Assembly: GCA_049615065.1 (NCBI GenBank)
Contig: JBMZEV010000001.1
Span: 9,195 to 73,194, forward strand
Origin: Porticoccaceae bacterium
GTDB taxonomy: Bacteria > Pseudomonadota > Gammaproteobacteria > Pseudomonadales > Porticoccaceae
Direction of reading: 5' to 3'
Length of the DNA stretch: 64,000 nucleotides
Below the pieces are notes generated by a model, which did no database searches, was not told the origin of the DNA, and saw only the letters and a program-made list of their open reading frames with translations. Every line of letters begins with the position of its first letter. The stretch's first letter is position 1. A program made the position numbers and the translations under genes. Below are positions 63,610 to 64,000 of this stretch, in pieces.

Positions 63610-64000
63610 TGAGCGCTGACTTTCTGATTGAATTAGGAACTGAAGAGCTTCCTCCCAAGGCTTTAAAATCACTCTCTAGTGCTTTTACCGATGGTGTTGT
63701 TGCGGGTTTACGCGATCTTGGCCTAAATTTTGACCGCGTAGTTTCTTATGCTGCACCACGACGTTTAGCGATTACTATTAGTGCCTTAGAGACACAGACT
63801 CCCGATAAGGATCTTGTGATTTGGGGGCCGCCAACTAAGGTTGCCTTTGCAGAAGATGGTACCCCATCGCGTGCAGCTGAAGCTTTTGCCAGCAAGAACG
63901 GCGTAAGCGTAGATCAATTGTCCTCACTGGTTGAAAACGATGGCCAGCAAGACAAACTCTGTATTAGACGCACAGAGCATGGCATAGCAACAAAATCACT
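63609..64000 (+). CDS. glyS: Glycine-tRNA ligase beta subunit (partial)
   Basis: TAATG overlap with glyQ; [19 protein letters not shown]...APRRLA...GPP. Confidence 0.96.
   Translation, partial: MSADFLIELGTEELPPKALKSLSSAFTDGVVAGLRDLGLNFDRVVSYAAPRRLAITISALETQTPDKDLVIWGPPTKVAFAEDGTPSRAAEAFASKNGVSVDQLSSLVENDGQQDKLCIRRTEHGIATKS

Overview
Core-genome region of a marine-type gammaproteobacterium. Gene order is Pseudomonas/Cellvibrionales-like; Porticoccaceae/SAR92 is plausible but is my inference only. It holds about 65 housekeeping CDS: pepP-ygfB, zapA-6S RNA-ygfA, ilvA/rpiA, dsbD-aroQ-accBC-prmA-dusB-fis-purH, phr, purD, coq7, LysR, yhfA/crp, trpEGDC, rpe, gshB-algH-yqgF, pilT, yggS-proC-yggT, metXW-rdgB-hemW, trxA-rho-ubiD, gshA-dsbB-rsd, trmB, rpoH-ftsXEY, rsmD-coaD, mutM, TRAP dctQM, yaaA, ubiAC, lpxL, galU and glyQS. 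I saw no mobile elements, tRNA/rRNA or CRISPR arrays. The best candidate for an undescribed system is the gap at 20775-21241, divergent from a LysR gene. It holds two tandem, apparently paralogous small-RNA units. Each has the same paired-LysR-box/sigma70 promoter geometry, a 5' hairpin, an identical 12-nt anti-SD-like segment (CAAACCCCUCUU) and its own intrinsic terminator with a CCC loop. Other notable points: crp/vfr is split by a -1 frameshift at an in-phase A-AAA-AAC slippery site; about 450 bp of helically phased A-tracts precede aroQ-accBC; an unannotated one-Trp leader peptide precedes trpE; and a photolyase gene with an RpoE/ChrR-type promoter sits between purH and purD.
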